A stretch of DNA of 64,000 nt, taken from the human T2T-CHM13v2.0 reference genome, Homo sapiens. The stretch is from NCBI RefSeq assembly GCF_009914755.1, contig NC_060928.1; one strand, 5' to 3'. A program made the translations under genes and the position numbers. Positions 44,165 through 58,303 of this stretch are shown one piece after another; position 1 is the stretch's first letter; each line of letters begins with the position of its first letter. The notes beneath the pieces are model-generated. The model made no database searches. It worked only from the letters and a program-made list of their open reading frames with translations, and had not been told where the DNA came from.

Positions 44165-44425
44165 TGCCCAAAGTGTATTCTGTAGAACCCATTCTGCTAC
44201 ATGTTCTCAGAAGAAGAGTGGGGTCTTATGGTCAAGTAAGTAGAATGTATCCCCTTTGATGGTATACATGCTAGCATAACCAAGCCTCTGAGAAGTCTAT
44301 AATAAAGAAAGTTGCAAAACTTTGTTTAATCCAGAGGCCTTCAAGCATTTGGACAGCAGATACCATTTTTTCCCCCATATAGCTTTGGATCAGGGTTCCA
44401 TGAAATACACTTTGAGAAATGCTGT
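44165..44425. mobile_element. hAT-Charlie MITE (MER112-like)
   Basis: CCCAAAGTGTATTCTGTAGAAC at one end and GTTCCATGAAATACACTTTGAGAAATGCTG at the other form imperfect inverted termini. Confidence 0.55.
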
Positions 44426-45590
44426 TTTGAAGTTAGGGAAAGTGAGAGAGAGGCCGGCCTACGTTTTTGAAGAAAAGGAGACCTACCAGCAGTCCTATCA
44501 TATATAAAAGGTTATTTTGCAATTTCCTTCCAAGAGATCCTTCAAAAATATAACAGCATGCATGGTGAAGTGTTTGGAGAGAAATGTATTTCTGTTTTCA
44601 ACTTACTTTGAAATGTATCAGAAACAGGTGAATTAATTGACAGAGGGATGGATACATACATGATCAAACAAGTATAATAAAATGATAATTATAGAATCTA
44701 GGTGGTTGGTACATTGAGAATTTGCTGTACCTTTTTTATAATTTTTCTGAATGTTTGAATAAATTTCAGGTAACATGTTGAAAAAAAATAGAATATATAT
44801 CCAACCAACACTTGCATGAAGTATGGCTTAGAAGGAGGTAGAAAGGCTTATTGGATTTTCAGCTTTTCATGATAGTTTCTATCTGTTGACCATGGGCTAA
44901 GTATTAGGCTGGATATATCACATACATATATTATCTAATTTATTATTCAAACCAACACCAACAGAAGTTTGGACATCAACACTTTAATGATGAGACAAAT
45001 GAGATTCAGTGAGGCTAAGTATCGTGACAAAATTTGCCCTTGTTAAACCATGTGTTAATGCTATGTGTAGAAGTCGCCACAATGAGCATTTCCTTCCTCT
45101 CATCCCATTCCCCATATAGGACTATCTGGCAATGCCCACAGGAAATTTTTCCCTTCCTCCAACCTCCTCTCCTTCCTACTCTTCAGCCTTCTTTTGTAGT
45201 TTGGTGGGACTAAGCAGCTGTGGTGAGAAGAAGAAAAGTAGACAAGAGTTATCTCACCCAAAAAGAGCCCATATTTATTGACCAATGAGGAGGAATGGGA
45301 ATGAAAGGAAACAAAGAGAAGAAGCTGTGGAGGAAACATGTGAATATGATAGAGAAGGAGAAGGAAATGAGGGAGAAAGAAAAGGCTTCAAAACAGGTTG
45401 GTGACCCAGCTGAGTGCAGGGGGAATAGACGAAAATTTTTTTTAATGCTGCAGTGGCATATATTAATAAATTACATATTTACTATTATTTGAGGGATACA
45501 GTATTGAAGTTACTTTTATTTCTTTGCAAGAACAATACTTCTTTGAATGTGATATTTCTGTGCTCTATATTTTTAAAAATATGCATAGGA

Positions 45591-45884
<294 letters not shown>

Positions 45885-47338
45885 ATGCATAGGAAACAGA
45901 TTTCTGTTTCCGCATAAATCTCGGCAGGAAGCATATCTCACATTGATCCACTTCACTGGGGTCATCAACTTTCTTCATGTGGCAAAGGATCCAAATCCTT
46001 GGATGCCAATGGGTGGAATGTTGGGAAAGACAGGCAGTGGTATGGGACAGACATCCTCCTTCTCTTCTTGGTAATGTGTGAACTTAGGTAAGTTACCAAG
46101 CTGCTCTGACTGTCAGCACCATTATGCCAATCAAAATGGTCTTGACTGTGCAGATCTTTGACTACTTACTTATGGGGATCCTAGAGTGGACATCAGTGGG
46201 CAGCCCACTGAAATACTTCTTGAAATGTGATGAAAAATCTCTAGGTCAGCAGAAGAGAGGCCTGACATAAGCCATTAAGCAAGAAGATCAGGTATGGGTT
46301 TAGTTTTGTCTGCTTCAGCTTTGCAGCTGCACAAAATGAGTCAGTCTTTAGCCCAGCCAATGAAAGTCTTTAATTTCGGGTCTTTACACTGAGCCAGGAA
46401 TTTAGGACTGTGTACTTAGTATTTTCTTTCTCTAGAAGCCACCACCCATTCACACATCTTAGAATTTCTTATAGCAAGTTCTACGGCAAGGGACCATGTG
46501 GTCTCCATACCTCATCTTCACTGGGGGTTTTATTACAGTTGACCATGCATGATAATTGGATTAATTGTTTTTGCCAGTCTCTGTCTTAGGTTGCCAGAGT
46601 CCCATTCCTCAACAAGAACTGGATTTTCACTATTCATAGCCCTAAGTAAACCAGACAACCAATGCCAATTTTTCCAGTGTCCTGAGGGTCTGCTGCTATA
46701 ACCACACCACTTCTGGTATTGACAAATCCGGGTTCTTCAGTTGAGAAGATAATTCTGAGGAATCTACATAGGAAACAGATTGTCCAGAAGCATACCGGAT
46801 AAGACAGGTTTTCTAGAGAAGACAGAGAACCAGACTCGGGAGCCATATAACTAAGAAAAATGTAAGCCACAGAAGTGGTTCCAGGCTGCCACTTCCTCTG
46901 GGTGGACACAAAGCTGGACTCCGGATGCTGCTACCAGAAACACTTCTGTGTCACCTCTGCAAGCAGGTGTTACTTTCTCTGTCTCTGCCTATGGCCAGGT
47001 AAGAGTGAGTATCGTCCCTGCCTCGAGGGACCACTAGTTTCTCATCCAAAGTCAAGGGACAGTTCTGAATGAAGGAGCCTAGGTCATTTGCTGTCCTAGG
47101 GTGCCTTACCCAGAAGCAGGCTCTGAGATAAGGGTTAGTATAAAAGTGGCTTATTTTAGAAGGGCTTAATAATGTATGATATGAAAAAATACAATATATG
47201 TTACAACAAATAAAATAGTCTAGCCCAGATTCAATTTTTGTATTTGGGAATCAGTGCAGTAGAGCCGAAAACTTTACTACAATGAGAGCATCTTGGGCCT
47301 AGATGTGGACACTAACCAGCTGCACATTCTTATTTAAG

Positions 47339-47582
47339 TAAGAGTGCCAGAAAAAAGAAACATAGAACTTTCAATTGAATTTATATTCCAGATATTTTGA
47401 CAACAAAATATTGTTAGTATTTTTAATTTTTTAGCTTTTAGTTTATTGCATGGGACCTGCATATACTAAAAGTTATCCATCATTTTTAAAAACTGCATAG
47501 GATACTTAAAGCTATCATTGTATATCCAACACTCAAATTAACTAGGCTTTCCTTAATTTATTTGCTAAAGCTGGCAACCCTA
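47339..47582. mobile_element. MER53-like palindromic hAT MITE inserted in a MIR
   Basis: Ends ...CAAATTTAACTAGG...TTGCTAAAGCTGGCAACCCTA; 8-bp TSD TATTTAAG (47331-47338) / TATTTAGG (47583-47590). Confidence 0.75.
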
Positions 47583-48599
47583 TATTTAGGTCACTTAACT
47601 TCTCTGATCCTTAATTTCATCAGCTGTGAAATGGTCTGATAGCCCATTAGTCCACAGGAGACACTCAGTAAGTAGTCGTGACTTTCAATTTTCTAACAGT
47701 TTACTCCTAATGCATATGGGGCAAGATCACATCTCGAAAGCACAGAGTTAAGGTGTTTTTATATTTCCTCCACTTTCTGAAACATGAGCCAGATCAATTG
47801 TTCCTTGATCAGATAGAAACCTGTAAGGCATGGATGGGTTGTCATTTAATGCATTGTCCATGTTCCAGCTGGCTACCTCCCCAGCTGGCCAGCACACATT
47901 ATTCCCTGGGTTCAACTTTGCTCCTGGCTTGCAGGAGGCAGCTAATATCCAGGTCGGGCTGTTTGGCTGGTGTATTCTTCCCAATGACTTCCCCTTCCCT
48001 TGCCTCTTCTATCCATGACATTAAAAAAAAAAAATCACAGCCTCTTCTTTACCAAGCAGCTGCTTCCCCTAGGACTTACTATCTCTCAGGCTCGAGTTCC
48101 TATTGGGAAACCCATAAAAAGGGATGTTTAGACAACATGGGGCATTATAGTAATCACAGAACTCTGAATATTTGTTGGAAAAATAATTTATTAGGCTTAT
48201 TACTTTTCAAAATATGTCTGTTAAAGCATTTCCAGGGATTTGGGGAAGAAAGGGGAAGGCAGTATCATGTGCTTGGTCTGTGATCTTCAAATGAAACCCA
48301 CTTCATTGCAGTGTAAAATGCTTTCCACAGATTTTCACTTCGTCTTCATGGTAACTGGGAGCACAGTCCCCCACAGCATTTTCTGCTACGTTCTCTCTCA
48401 TCTTGGTCTTTTCTGCAAGACTACCTAATGATAAGGGTGAGAGCCTGGGCTTTTTGTAAAAATATGACTCAGAATCTTCTAAGGAAATTAAGTTCACAGC
48501 TACCAGAAGAGGTCCTGCATAGGAGCTATTCATTTTCTGTGTGTGTTGACCTCTAAATTCTTTTTGTGTTTATTCATGTAACAATTACTTACTGAGCTA

Positions 48600-49360
48600 T
48601 GTCTTAGTTTGGAGTATCCAGCATCAGATGCAGAGATCAGAGTGTGTATGAAAATGATCAGAGAACTCCCATGGAGGGATGCATGGTCTATTGATGACCC
48701 AGCTTCTGCCCTTCCAGACCCACCTCCACATCAATGGTGAGGACAGGCTGCTTGTAGGCCAGCGGTTGAAGACAGCGGGCACCCATATAGGCCCTTTCCT
48801 ATGGGACACAGGACTCCTCAGGTGAGTGACTTAAGTTCAAGAGTCTGATCAGCCTGGTCAGAACTTTCTTAGGACTGCAATGCAATCCATGACTCTTCCA
48901 GCCCAATCCTCCTGCCTTCCCACCTCCTCACAAGGGCCAGATCAGCATCACCGTCTGAAGACTCCCTGCCTACCCCTCACCCTCCCGTTTACCCAATACA
49001 CGTATTCCCCCAATGGGTTCCTTACACATTTGATGTTCTTTGGCATTTCTTCTCAGAAGACCCAAACTAATACAACATGCCATCCCAAAAGCACAGTGAG
49101 GGAGTGGGGAAAAGAGGCAGGGAAGAAGAGAGAGGCCACAGAGAATGTTGACAAGGCTACCTCTGTGGGCAACTCGAGGTTCAGACCTCCCCAGAACCTT
49201 CTGAGAAACTGCATGGAACTCGCCTCAGAATTCTACCCCTAAGCAGCAAGAAACCTGGAGTGTTTATTCACAACTCCTGTCCCTCCATGAGTGAGGGTCA
49301 CTCCCGGGCATTAACTGGCTTGCACTCCCTGGCTTGCTACATCACCTTGTCAGGGGTGAC
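48600..49360. mobile_element. ERVL LTR16-like relics, probably nested
   Basis: TGTCTTAGTTTGGAGT...; GCCCAATCCTCCTGCC...TTCTCAGAAGACCCAAACTAATACA (49073); GTGAGGGAGTGGGGAAA. Confidence 0.5.
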
Positions 49361-49519
49361 CCTGGTACTGGGCCAGGAAGTCTGACTCCAGAGCCTAAAT
49401 TCTTAACCACTAAGCCATGCCCTTCAAATTTATTACATTTGAAAGTTTGAATTTAAAACTAACATAGCATCTATCAGCTACTTTTTTTTTGTCCCCAATT
49501 AAGGAAAATTTGGCAATAA

Positions 49520-49873
<354 letters not shown>

Positions 49874-50464
49874 CTATCCAGCTAGCTGATAGAAGACCAT
49901 GGCCTCTTACTCACTGTGTGACCTTGGGTAGATGACTTAACCTCTCTGTGCCTTAATTTCTTTATGGATCAAAAGCAGGTAACAGTCTGTCTTGCTGACT
50001 TTACAGGATTATTTTGAAGACCTTCAGAGTGCACGCTTATGAAACAGCTTTGTAATAAACTGTTAAGTGCCTTCCAAGTGGAATGGATTATCCTTCTTAG
50101 ATAAGCTTGAACTTTCTCCTTCCCTGCTCTGCTCTACTTCGGAAACAAACGCATACACTGGCCACTCTGGCCTTCTCCTATCCCTGACCCCACAATGTTA
50201 TAGGAGTTCTCCTCTGGTTCCTCCTCTGGTTCCAAAACCAGTTTCACAATCTCAACAGCACAAAATGTTTCATTCTATTCCAGTATAGCTTAGATAATAT
50301 AGATAAGAATCTGTAATTCATCCTTCCTTGATCAATGTTCTTGACTGTTTCATGCTTGCCTGAACACGGTCCATTCAGTTGTAAAGCCAGAGGCTTAAGA
50401 ACAATGAATGGTTTCAGAACTTTCTCATGTCAGTTAGGCAGCTTTTTCTTAATTCTCTCTTCCT

Positions 50465-50685
50465 AAGGAGGTTTCTAAAATCTTATTGGGTCATTCACCT
50501 CTTTGAGACTCTTATGAAAGGCAAGGCTCCTCTCCTTGGGAAAAATAAAAAATAAAAACATAAGCCTGTATACACACAGAGACCCACAGCCCCCAAGCCC
50601 TCACCACTCCCCAGCATACATATAAATTAAGTACAATTTTGTAGGTACTCACAGCCCTCCGAAACCTATAACTGAAGCTCCTTGG
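50465..50685. mobile_element. hAT MITE (MER117-like)
   Basis: GGGTCATTCACCTCTTTGAGACTCTTATGAAAG...CTCTCC...TACAATTTTGTAGGTACTCACAGCCCTC. Confidence 0.5.
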
Positions 50686-51309
50686 TAAAACATTTGCTCT
50701 CTGATGTCAGCTAGATCTAGTTTTACATACTGGTTGTATGTAAAATAGCTACCAATAATGCTGGCACACAGTAAGTATTCAATAAATAAGAGCTGTTTTT
50801 ATCATTAATGTAACATTACCTTCTCCGGAAACATTACACAGTCCTGGGAAACGTTCAAAAAAAAGGGCTGGGCAGTTTCAAACAGATGGGACCATTTTCT
50901 AAAGAGAAGAGGTTTGCTTTAAACCTGGAAAGAGGCTAGTGTGTTGGTTCTCCCTCTGCTGGCCTGAGGTTAACATACATTCTTTGTTTTGATTGTGGTG
51001 AGTGTCCATGTACCCTGGGGAGAAGAAAATGGGGCCAGAGGTGGGAGATGGGCAGCTGGGGAGGTCATGGTTAGTTCTAAGCCATCGCGCATACTGGGAA
51101 AGCTAAGGACAGGGAGGATGTCTAACCCTTTGTTTATTATTCCCCAAATACTGTATTTGCTGAGCAAATGAGTATCTGTTATTAGGAGGCTTCATGACAA
51201 TGAGATGAATGAATGAGATCCAGCCCTACTCACAAACCCTGGCCTCATCATCAAAAAGTTTGCCTTCACTTCCAGACTTGGAGTTATAGTTGAAATATGG
51301 GGACTCTGG

Positions 51310-51530
51310 ATAATGGTTAAGAACAAGAGCTTTGGCCTCTGGGCTCCAGCTCTGCCCTTATTAATGGAGGGAATGATTTACTGGAACTTGAGCTCCCTGA
51401 GTCTCAGTTTACTCACCTGTAAAATAGGCGTAATAATAGTCCCCACCTTATGAGTATTAAATAGTATATCAGGTGCTTAGTGGAGAGTCTAGCAATAAAA
51501 CAAACTTAATAAGTGGCAGATATTAGCATT
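51310..51530 (+). mobile_element. MIR
   Basis: TAATGGTTAAGAACAAGAGCTTTGG...CTGAGTCTCAGTTTACTCACCTGTAAAATAGG. Confidence 0.7.
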
Positions 51531-52819
51531 ATTTTGATTCTAACATAGGAATAGTATTTTAAAAGCCTTTAGTACATTTAAAATTCACAATAATCCTTGC
51601 TTGTTGTATGAGGTCAAAACACTTGAACTTGCTAATATTCAGCCACTTACAAAACCAGCAAATTTTCATATGGTTTAATGTAATAGAAGAATTGGAAAAT
51701 TCATAATAAAAATAGAAATTATGCATAGTACCGCCATCCAGAGCTACACATTTGGGTGTAAGCTTCTGATATCTTGTCTATCTGTAAATAAGTCATGCTA
51801 ATATGAAGTAGGAGTGCAATCCTGATCAGATCAGGTTTTCTAAAAATCCAGTCGGACTGCCAGGTGATCAAGGAGCAGTCAAAATGTCCCCCAGAAGATG
51901 CCAGGGTAATGGGCAGAGCCTGCGGACAGGAGAAGGGCATTGTTAACATCCACCGTGCTCGAGGGAGACCCTGGGTGTTCTGTTCAGTGTCTATACAACC
52001 CTTCCTGTAGCAGCACCCTCTGCCTGTTAAGGGCAGACTGCTGCCTCAGCAGATACACTTGGCCCTGGCAGCGAGGGATACAGCCTTGACAGGCGATTTC
52101 ATCGGCTCCTTAGAGATGAGATAAATTGTAGCTTTGACTTTATAATTTCCCAACCACTTTGGGTAATCAGGGTTTCTGCTAGAGCACAATGACTTATTAG
52201 AGTAAAACCGTGGTAGGGTTAAATCCACCATCTCTCTTTATTGTCCCAAGCTTTTTGCCAACATAAATAACTCCTAGCTATTTTTGGAATGGAGATGTAG
52301 CTATCAAGCTGTGCACGGCCTAGCAAGGCTTCGTGATGCATATGAAAGCTTTCTAAATGTCCTGCTGCTCCTGTTAAGAGGGTAGAGGAGGCTGGGCCCA
52401 GAAGGGCCTGCTCTTTTCGTCTTCTGGTCCTGGAGTTGTTGAAACTCTTATTGATGCAGACACAGATTATCAATTGTCCTGTCACTCCCCATGGAGACTC
52501 TTTTCCCATTACTCCAAGTTAATGAAATAGTGAATGTGCCTGTGCAAAGAACGATGGGCTAGGAGATGAGAGCCCATGATTTAATCTCAACTTTGCTACC
52601 AGCTCTGTGACCAGGAGCAAGTTACCCATCCTCTCTGGCTTGTAGTTTCCTAAAAGAAAAACCCAGGGAACTGAGAGAGATGATCTCTAAGCTTTTTTCT
52701 AGTACAGTTTTCAAGCTCTCTGTATACCTAATGGAAATCCTTTCTCTCCTCTTTCAGTGAGTCTATGAACTAGGAAGTAATGAGGATCTAAGAGTCCAAG
52801 GGTCCAAGAGAAAATTAGA

Positions 52820-53755
52820 AGTTGTGGGAGATTATTTTGTTTATCAAGAACACTAATGAGAGAAGGAAAAGGCCCGTAAGATGGCAATGCATATATCTGA
52901 CAATGGGCATATTCCCAACATATATAAAGAACTCCTACATATCAATGAGCAAAAAGGCAGACAACGCAACAGAAAAAGGGCAAAATAGTTTAATTAAAAA
53001 GGATACACAAACAGTGGATAAAGTTTAGAAAGATACTCATTAGTTATCAAGGAATACAAATTAAAACTACAAAGAGATGCCCCTCCACATACACCAGAAT
53101 GGCTAGTGATGAAGCCAAGCACTAATGAGGATGCAGAGCACCAGGGACCTGCTTATACCTCAGGTGGGATAAAAAAAAATGGTACAACCATTTTGGAAAA
53201 TGGTGTAATATTATCTATGAAAGCTGAACATATTTATAATTTATGACCCAGTAGTTTTACTCATTAGGTATATACTCAACAGAAATGCATATACTCATCT
53301 CTTAAAAGACTTGTACAAGAAAGCAGCATTATTTGTAAGCAGCTAAAAACTGGAAACCACCCAAATTTCCATCAACAGAAGGACAAATAAATAAATGGGT
53401 ATATTTGCACAATGAATTCTAAACAGCAATGTGAGTAGACTACCACCAAGCACAACTTGAATGAATTTCAAAATATAATTTTCAGCAGAATAAACCAGAC
53501 ATAAAAGGGCATATTACATAATTTCATTTAAAGGAAAAACTCACCTCTGCTATTACATGTCAGGGCAGTAGTTTTCTTGGGGTTATGTAGTGACTGAAAG
53601 GGAATAGAAAGGGGCTCCTGAGATGCTAGCAATGTTCCATTTCCTGAGCCAGGTCTTAGTTATGGAGATGTGCTTACTTTGTAAAAATTCATTGAGCTGT
53701 ATATTTATGATATATATAATTTTGGGAGCATATTTTATACAACAATAAAAATGTT
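52820..53755 (+). mobile_element. Old L1 3' region (L1MC/ME-like)
   Basis: Degenerate ORF2 C-terminal sequence (CAAATTAAAACTACAAAGAGATG, GCAGCATTATTTGTAA...AAACTGGAAACCACCCAAAT) and 3' tail AAAATTCATTGAGCTGTA...CAATAAAAATG. Confidence 0.75.
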
Positions 53756-54496
53756 TTTACTTGAAAAAATAGAAAAATATGAATTCTGTGATATTTTTGG
53801 TATTGTTTTCTTAACGCCACCCCAGAGGCTTTTTTTAAACCATTCTAACGTCCGTTGATCTTTTTTTTTTCCAAGCTTGCTCTGTATCACATAACCCAGA
53901 ATTTGATAACCGGCTATCTTTTTATGGTTCTCTGATTGTTTCATTTGCTAAAATCTTACCCTGTCAACTGCATTGTGAGTTCTAGAGCCTGGTAGCTATG
54001 CCTTTTACTACTGGACTCCGGAAAGCAAAAAATGTAAAACCTTCCTATTTGTCCCTCTGGTTTCCATTATTTAGTGCACCCATATTCCCATGTGCTATTA
54101 CACAGCCCTCAGTCCTGGCTTTTTCTATACTTGTGCCATGGATTTATAAACCTGCCAGTTTTTTCTATCCCTAAACTTCCCACTTATAACATCTGCAGAA
54201 TAACCTGCCTTTTTTCTCTTGATAACTGTAGCTTTATGGTTTAGTTCTGTAAACTTAGCAGCTGACCAAGCTAAATACTATGCTATGCTGCAGGGAGGTA
54301 TAGGTAATAACAGCAAGTCCCTGGTCCCAGGAGTTCCTTGGATGGCCAGGAAAGACAGCCTCCTCAATGCAAAATGTCTCATCAATGCATTAAGTAGATA
54401 GAAAGAAAGAGAACAATTACCCAACCCAGTCATGGGTGGCTCAGAGAAGGCTTCCAGATGAAGGAGTCACCTTAGAATCACCTAAAGGACGAATAG

Positions 54497-54806
54497 GGCT
54501 GGGTGCAGTGGCTCACGCCTGTAATCCCAGCACTTTGGGAGCCGAGGCGGGTGGGTCACCTGAAGTCAGGACTTCAAGACCAGCCTGGCCAACATGGTGA
54601 AACCCCATCTGTAATAAAAATACAAAAATTAGTTGGGTGTGGTGGCGGACGCCTGTAATCCCAGCTACTTGGGGGGCTAAGGCGGGAGAATTGTACCCGG
54701 GAGGCAGAGGTTGCAGTGAGCCAAGATCACACCATTGCACTCCAGCTTGGGCGACAAGGGCAAAACTCCACCTTAAAAAACAAAAAAAAAAAACAAAAAA
54801 AAAAAA
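54497..54806 (+). mobile_element. Alu (AluSq-like)
   Basis: GGCTGGGTGCAGTGGCTCACGCCTGTAATCCC..., A-rich tail; TSD not clear. Confidence 0.93.
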
Positions 54807-55109
54807 CACAGAATTTGGCCAAGTGAAGAGAGTGGAAAATCTGTTCAGGTAGATGAGACAGCAAGTGTAAAATCACAGAATCATGAAACAGCAGAGTGTC
54901 TGTGTGTACCAGTGTATGTGTGTCTGTATCCATATTTGTGTAAGGCAGGGTTATTATAACCAGTTGGGTATCTCTGGCTTCTAGATAGAGAGGCTGGGAA
55001 GGCATAAAGTGGGCAAGGACAGTATGTGGAGATATAGAAGTAGATGGGGGGCCAGGTATTGAGGAGCCCTGAATCCTAAGCTGATGAGCTTGGGTCTTAT
55101 GATATGGAA

Positions 55110-55281
55110 CAGGGGTAGGCAAACTAGAATGGCAGCCAAATCCAGCGACCTGTTTTGTAAATGAAGGTTTATTGGAACACAGCCACACCCATTCATTTAG
55201 GGATTATTTGACTGCTACACAGCAACTGCAGAGTTGAGCAGTTGCTCCTGAGACCGTGTGGCCCAAACTTTGACAACTCCT
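55110..55281 (+). mobile_element. MER58A-like hAT MITE
   Basis: CAGGGGTAGGCAAACTA...TTTATTGGAACACAGCCACACCCATTCATTT...GCAGAGTTGAGCAGTTG. Confidence 0.8.
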
Positions 55282-55706
55282 TGTTTTGGTTTGAATCTGT
55301 GTCCCCACCCAAATCTCATGTTGGACTGTAATCCCCAGTGTTGGAGGTGGGGCCTTGTGGGAGGTGACTGGATATGGTGGTAGCTTTTTCATGAATGGCT
55401 TAGTACCATCCCCTTGATACTGTCCTTGCAATAGTGAATGAGTTCTTGTGAGATCTGATCTTTTAAAAGTGTGTGGCATCTCCTCCCTTCTTCTCTTGCT
55501 CCTGATCTTGTCACATGGGGTGCCCGCTCCCCCTTCACCTTCTGCCATGATTTTAAGTTTCCTGGGGCCTTCCCAGAAGCAGAGTAGATGCCAGCACCAT
55601 GCTTCCTGTACAGCCTGCAGAACTGTGAGTCAATTAAGCCTCTTTTCTTTAAAAATTACCCAGTCTCAGGTATTTATTTATAGCAGTAGGAAAACAGCCT
55701 AACATA
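55282..55706 (+). mobile_element. MaLR solo LTR (MSTB-like)
   Basis: TGGTTTGAATCTGTGTCCCCACCCAAATCTCATG...GAAGCAGAGTAGATGCCAGCACCATGCTTCCTGTACAGCC...CCCAGTCTCAGGTATT. Confidence 0.88.
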
Positions 55707-57752
55707 CCCTTGATCTGGAAGATAATGAGCCACGGAGAGGCTCTAAGTAAAGGGCAGAGATGACTAGGTGTATGTGAGAGGAAAGTCACCCAACATAGTC
55801 TCAGTGCATTCTGTGGAATGGAGATGGCTTATTTTGCTTAAGTAATAAAGAAGCATTATGGGGGCCTACTTGAGTCAAGTACTGTGTTTTCTGAGCACAG
55901 GACTATACTGAGTCCTTCTCCATACCTGCAAGGAACCACAAACATAATGTACATGTCCATGGATATAATCAGACCCCAGGAGAGGGAACAGGAAGTGAAC
56001 TGAGGTGGGCACAGCTCTACCAACCTTGGGCTTTGTTCTTCAACACTGAGATTTTGGTTTAGAGAGCTAAAGTGACACTCCCCTTTCCCATTTTTTGAGT
56101 TTAGAAATCAAGTAGTAGAAAACCTTAGGAATCAAGTAAATAGAAATGAAAATATTTCTTATTAAAACTTCACCCCTGAAGTAAACAAATGTACCACCCC
56201 ACAGACATTGGCAGGGCTGAATGACCTCAGGTTCTATGAAGACTTGTTCCTGAATGTTCACTTCAGCAAATATGCAGTGACGGAGGAGACGAATGAGCCT
56301 AGTAAACACACTTATCAGACAAGTCATTACTCCTTCCCTGGAGAGGGAACAAGGTGAGAGCCAAGAGTGTCACTCAGTGGAGCTCTCTCCACATGGAAGC
56401 ATGAAGGCATGAAGGTGGGGAAAGGAGCTCCCTCCTCAACACTGTGAGTTTATTTTCCTTGGAAGAACTCTATCTTTTGGTGATGTACCAATGTTAGACA
56501 ATTGTGGGATTGTCTCCTCTGAGTCACTGGGCCAGGCTATGGCTCTGTGGATAGTGGTTTTCCTTACAGAGAACTAAGGTCCTTGCTATCACTCATCCTG
56601 GAAGATGCTGATGCTGAGAAGGGAAACAAGGACCTGCATGAGTCCCACACTAGGTGAGAATCAGTTTAGCCCAGAACCCAAAGTATGAAGATGCCTGGAG
56701 AGTTTGTGGTGGTGGGAAGCTGGCTGAAAGGCCCAGCACATGGAGAACACACCATCAGATACGAAGGGAGGGGGTCTGAGAAGAGCCCCTGGGATGAGAT
56801 TGAGCCAGCTGGGAGGAATGATACGTTATTACCCACAGTGCACAGCCCTTCCATTATCCCTGAAGCTTCAATGCACTCCTGTTCCACACCCCAAATCCAG
56901 TTTTTTTTTTTTAGGTATTATATGTGGTAATATCTTGTGCTGCAGATGGAGTAGCAAGAGGAAGAACAATGCCACAATCCCCCGATGCAAAATTGGTAGA
57001 AAGAATAACTACTAGCTACCCCTCTTCACAGAAGAGTGGCCATCCCACCAGCCATCAGCAGTAGAGGAAGTAGCATGGGAGCATAATAAGAACTATGGGT
57101 GGAGGAACTCAAAGTTCATGTCCCTGAGCACCTCGGACCTCTGAGATACAGCCAGATGCCTTGCAAAGGGCTACTTCCCAGAAATCATGTTAGTAGGACT
57201 CAAACTGTTCTAATTTGGGCATAAAGGTAAATGAGGCATTGTTTTGCAGTCACAGGCAACATACACAAAGCACTTAGCCCATCTGCCAGCTTTTAACAAG
57301 CAATAATTACTCCACATACAGGACCTTTTTTTATTTCAGTAGTTATATTATCATGTTCTGGGAATCTTGGCTTTCATTTCCTCAGAGTGGCTGATCGACA
57401 GGTCACGATGGCTTTAGAGCTATTTGGTGGTCTCCAGTCAGGCACTTGACAAGGATTTGTGGAGAGGAAGCATTCTAAGTTCTGCTTAAAATACAATAAA
57501 GATTCGACTTTGCAGACAAAAAGCAGGGCAAGACAAAATGTGGGACAAGGCCATTGCAAGCTGGGCTGCCCAGGGAGAGATCTGGCAACAGCAGTGACGT
57601 GCAAAGGACAGGAGAACTTGAGAGCTGGGAGAAGAGAAAGAGAAGCAGGAAGTTTATACAAGGTGGTTTTGTAGAAGAAGATCAAACCTGACATATTTTT
57701 AGGACTTGCATATAAAATGCAAAATAGCCATGCCTTTTAATAACCATCTTTG

Positions 57753-58303
57753 TCAGGGATCTAGAACTAGAAATACCATTTGACCCAGCCATCCCATTAC
57801 TGGGTATATACCCAAATGACTATAAATCATGCTGCTATAAAGACACATGCACACTTATGTTTATTGCGGCATTATTCACAATAGCAAAGACTTGGAACCA
57901 ACCCAAATGTCCAACAATGATAGACTGGATTACGAAAATGTGGCACATATACACCATGGAATACTATGCAGCCATAAAAAATGATGAGTTCATGTCCTTT
58001 GTAGGGACATGGATGAAATTGGAAATCATCATTCTCAGTAAACTATCGCAAGAACAAAAAACCAAACACCGCATATTCTCACTCATAGGTGGGAATTGAA
58101 CAATGAGATCACATGGACACAGGAAGGGGAATATCACACTCTGGGGACTGTGGTGGGGAGGGGGGAGTGATAGCATTGGGAGATATACCTAATGCTAGAT
58201 GACGAGTTAGTGGGTGCAGCGCACCAGCATGGCACATGTATACATATGTAACTAACCTGCACAATGTGCACATGTACCCTAAAACTTAAATTAAAAAAAA
58301 AAA
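57753..58303 (+). mobile_element. 5'-truncated young L1 (late L1PA2/L1HS-like), about 550 bp
   Basis: Near-identical to 33224-33770; GACGAG diagnostic; short A tail; no TSD visible. Confidence 0.93.

Noticed and set aside
47753-48283. 176-aa ORF
   Set aside because: Non-ATG start, crosses a poly-A run, no recognisable homology or exon structure
50209-50232. 12-bp tandem duplication CTCCTCTGGTTC x2
   Set aside because: Ordinary slippage event with no further structure
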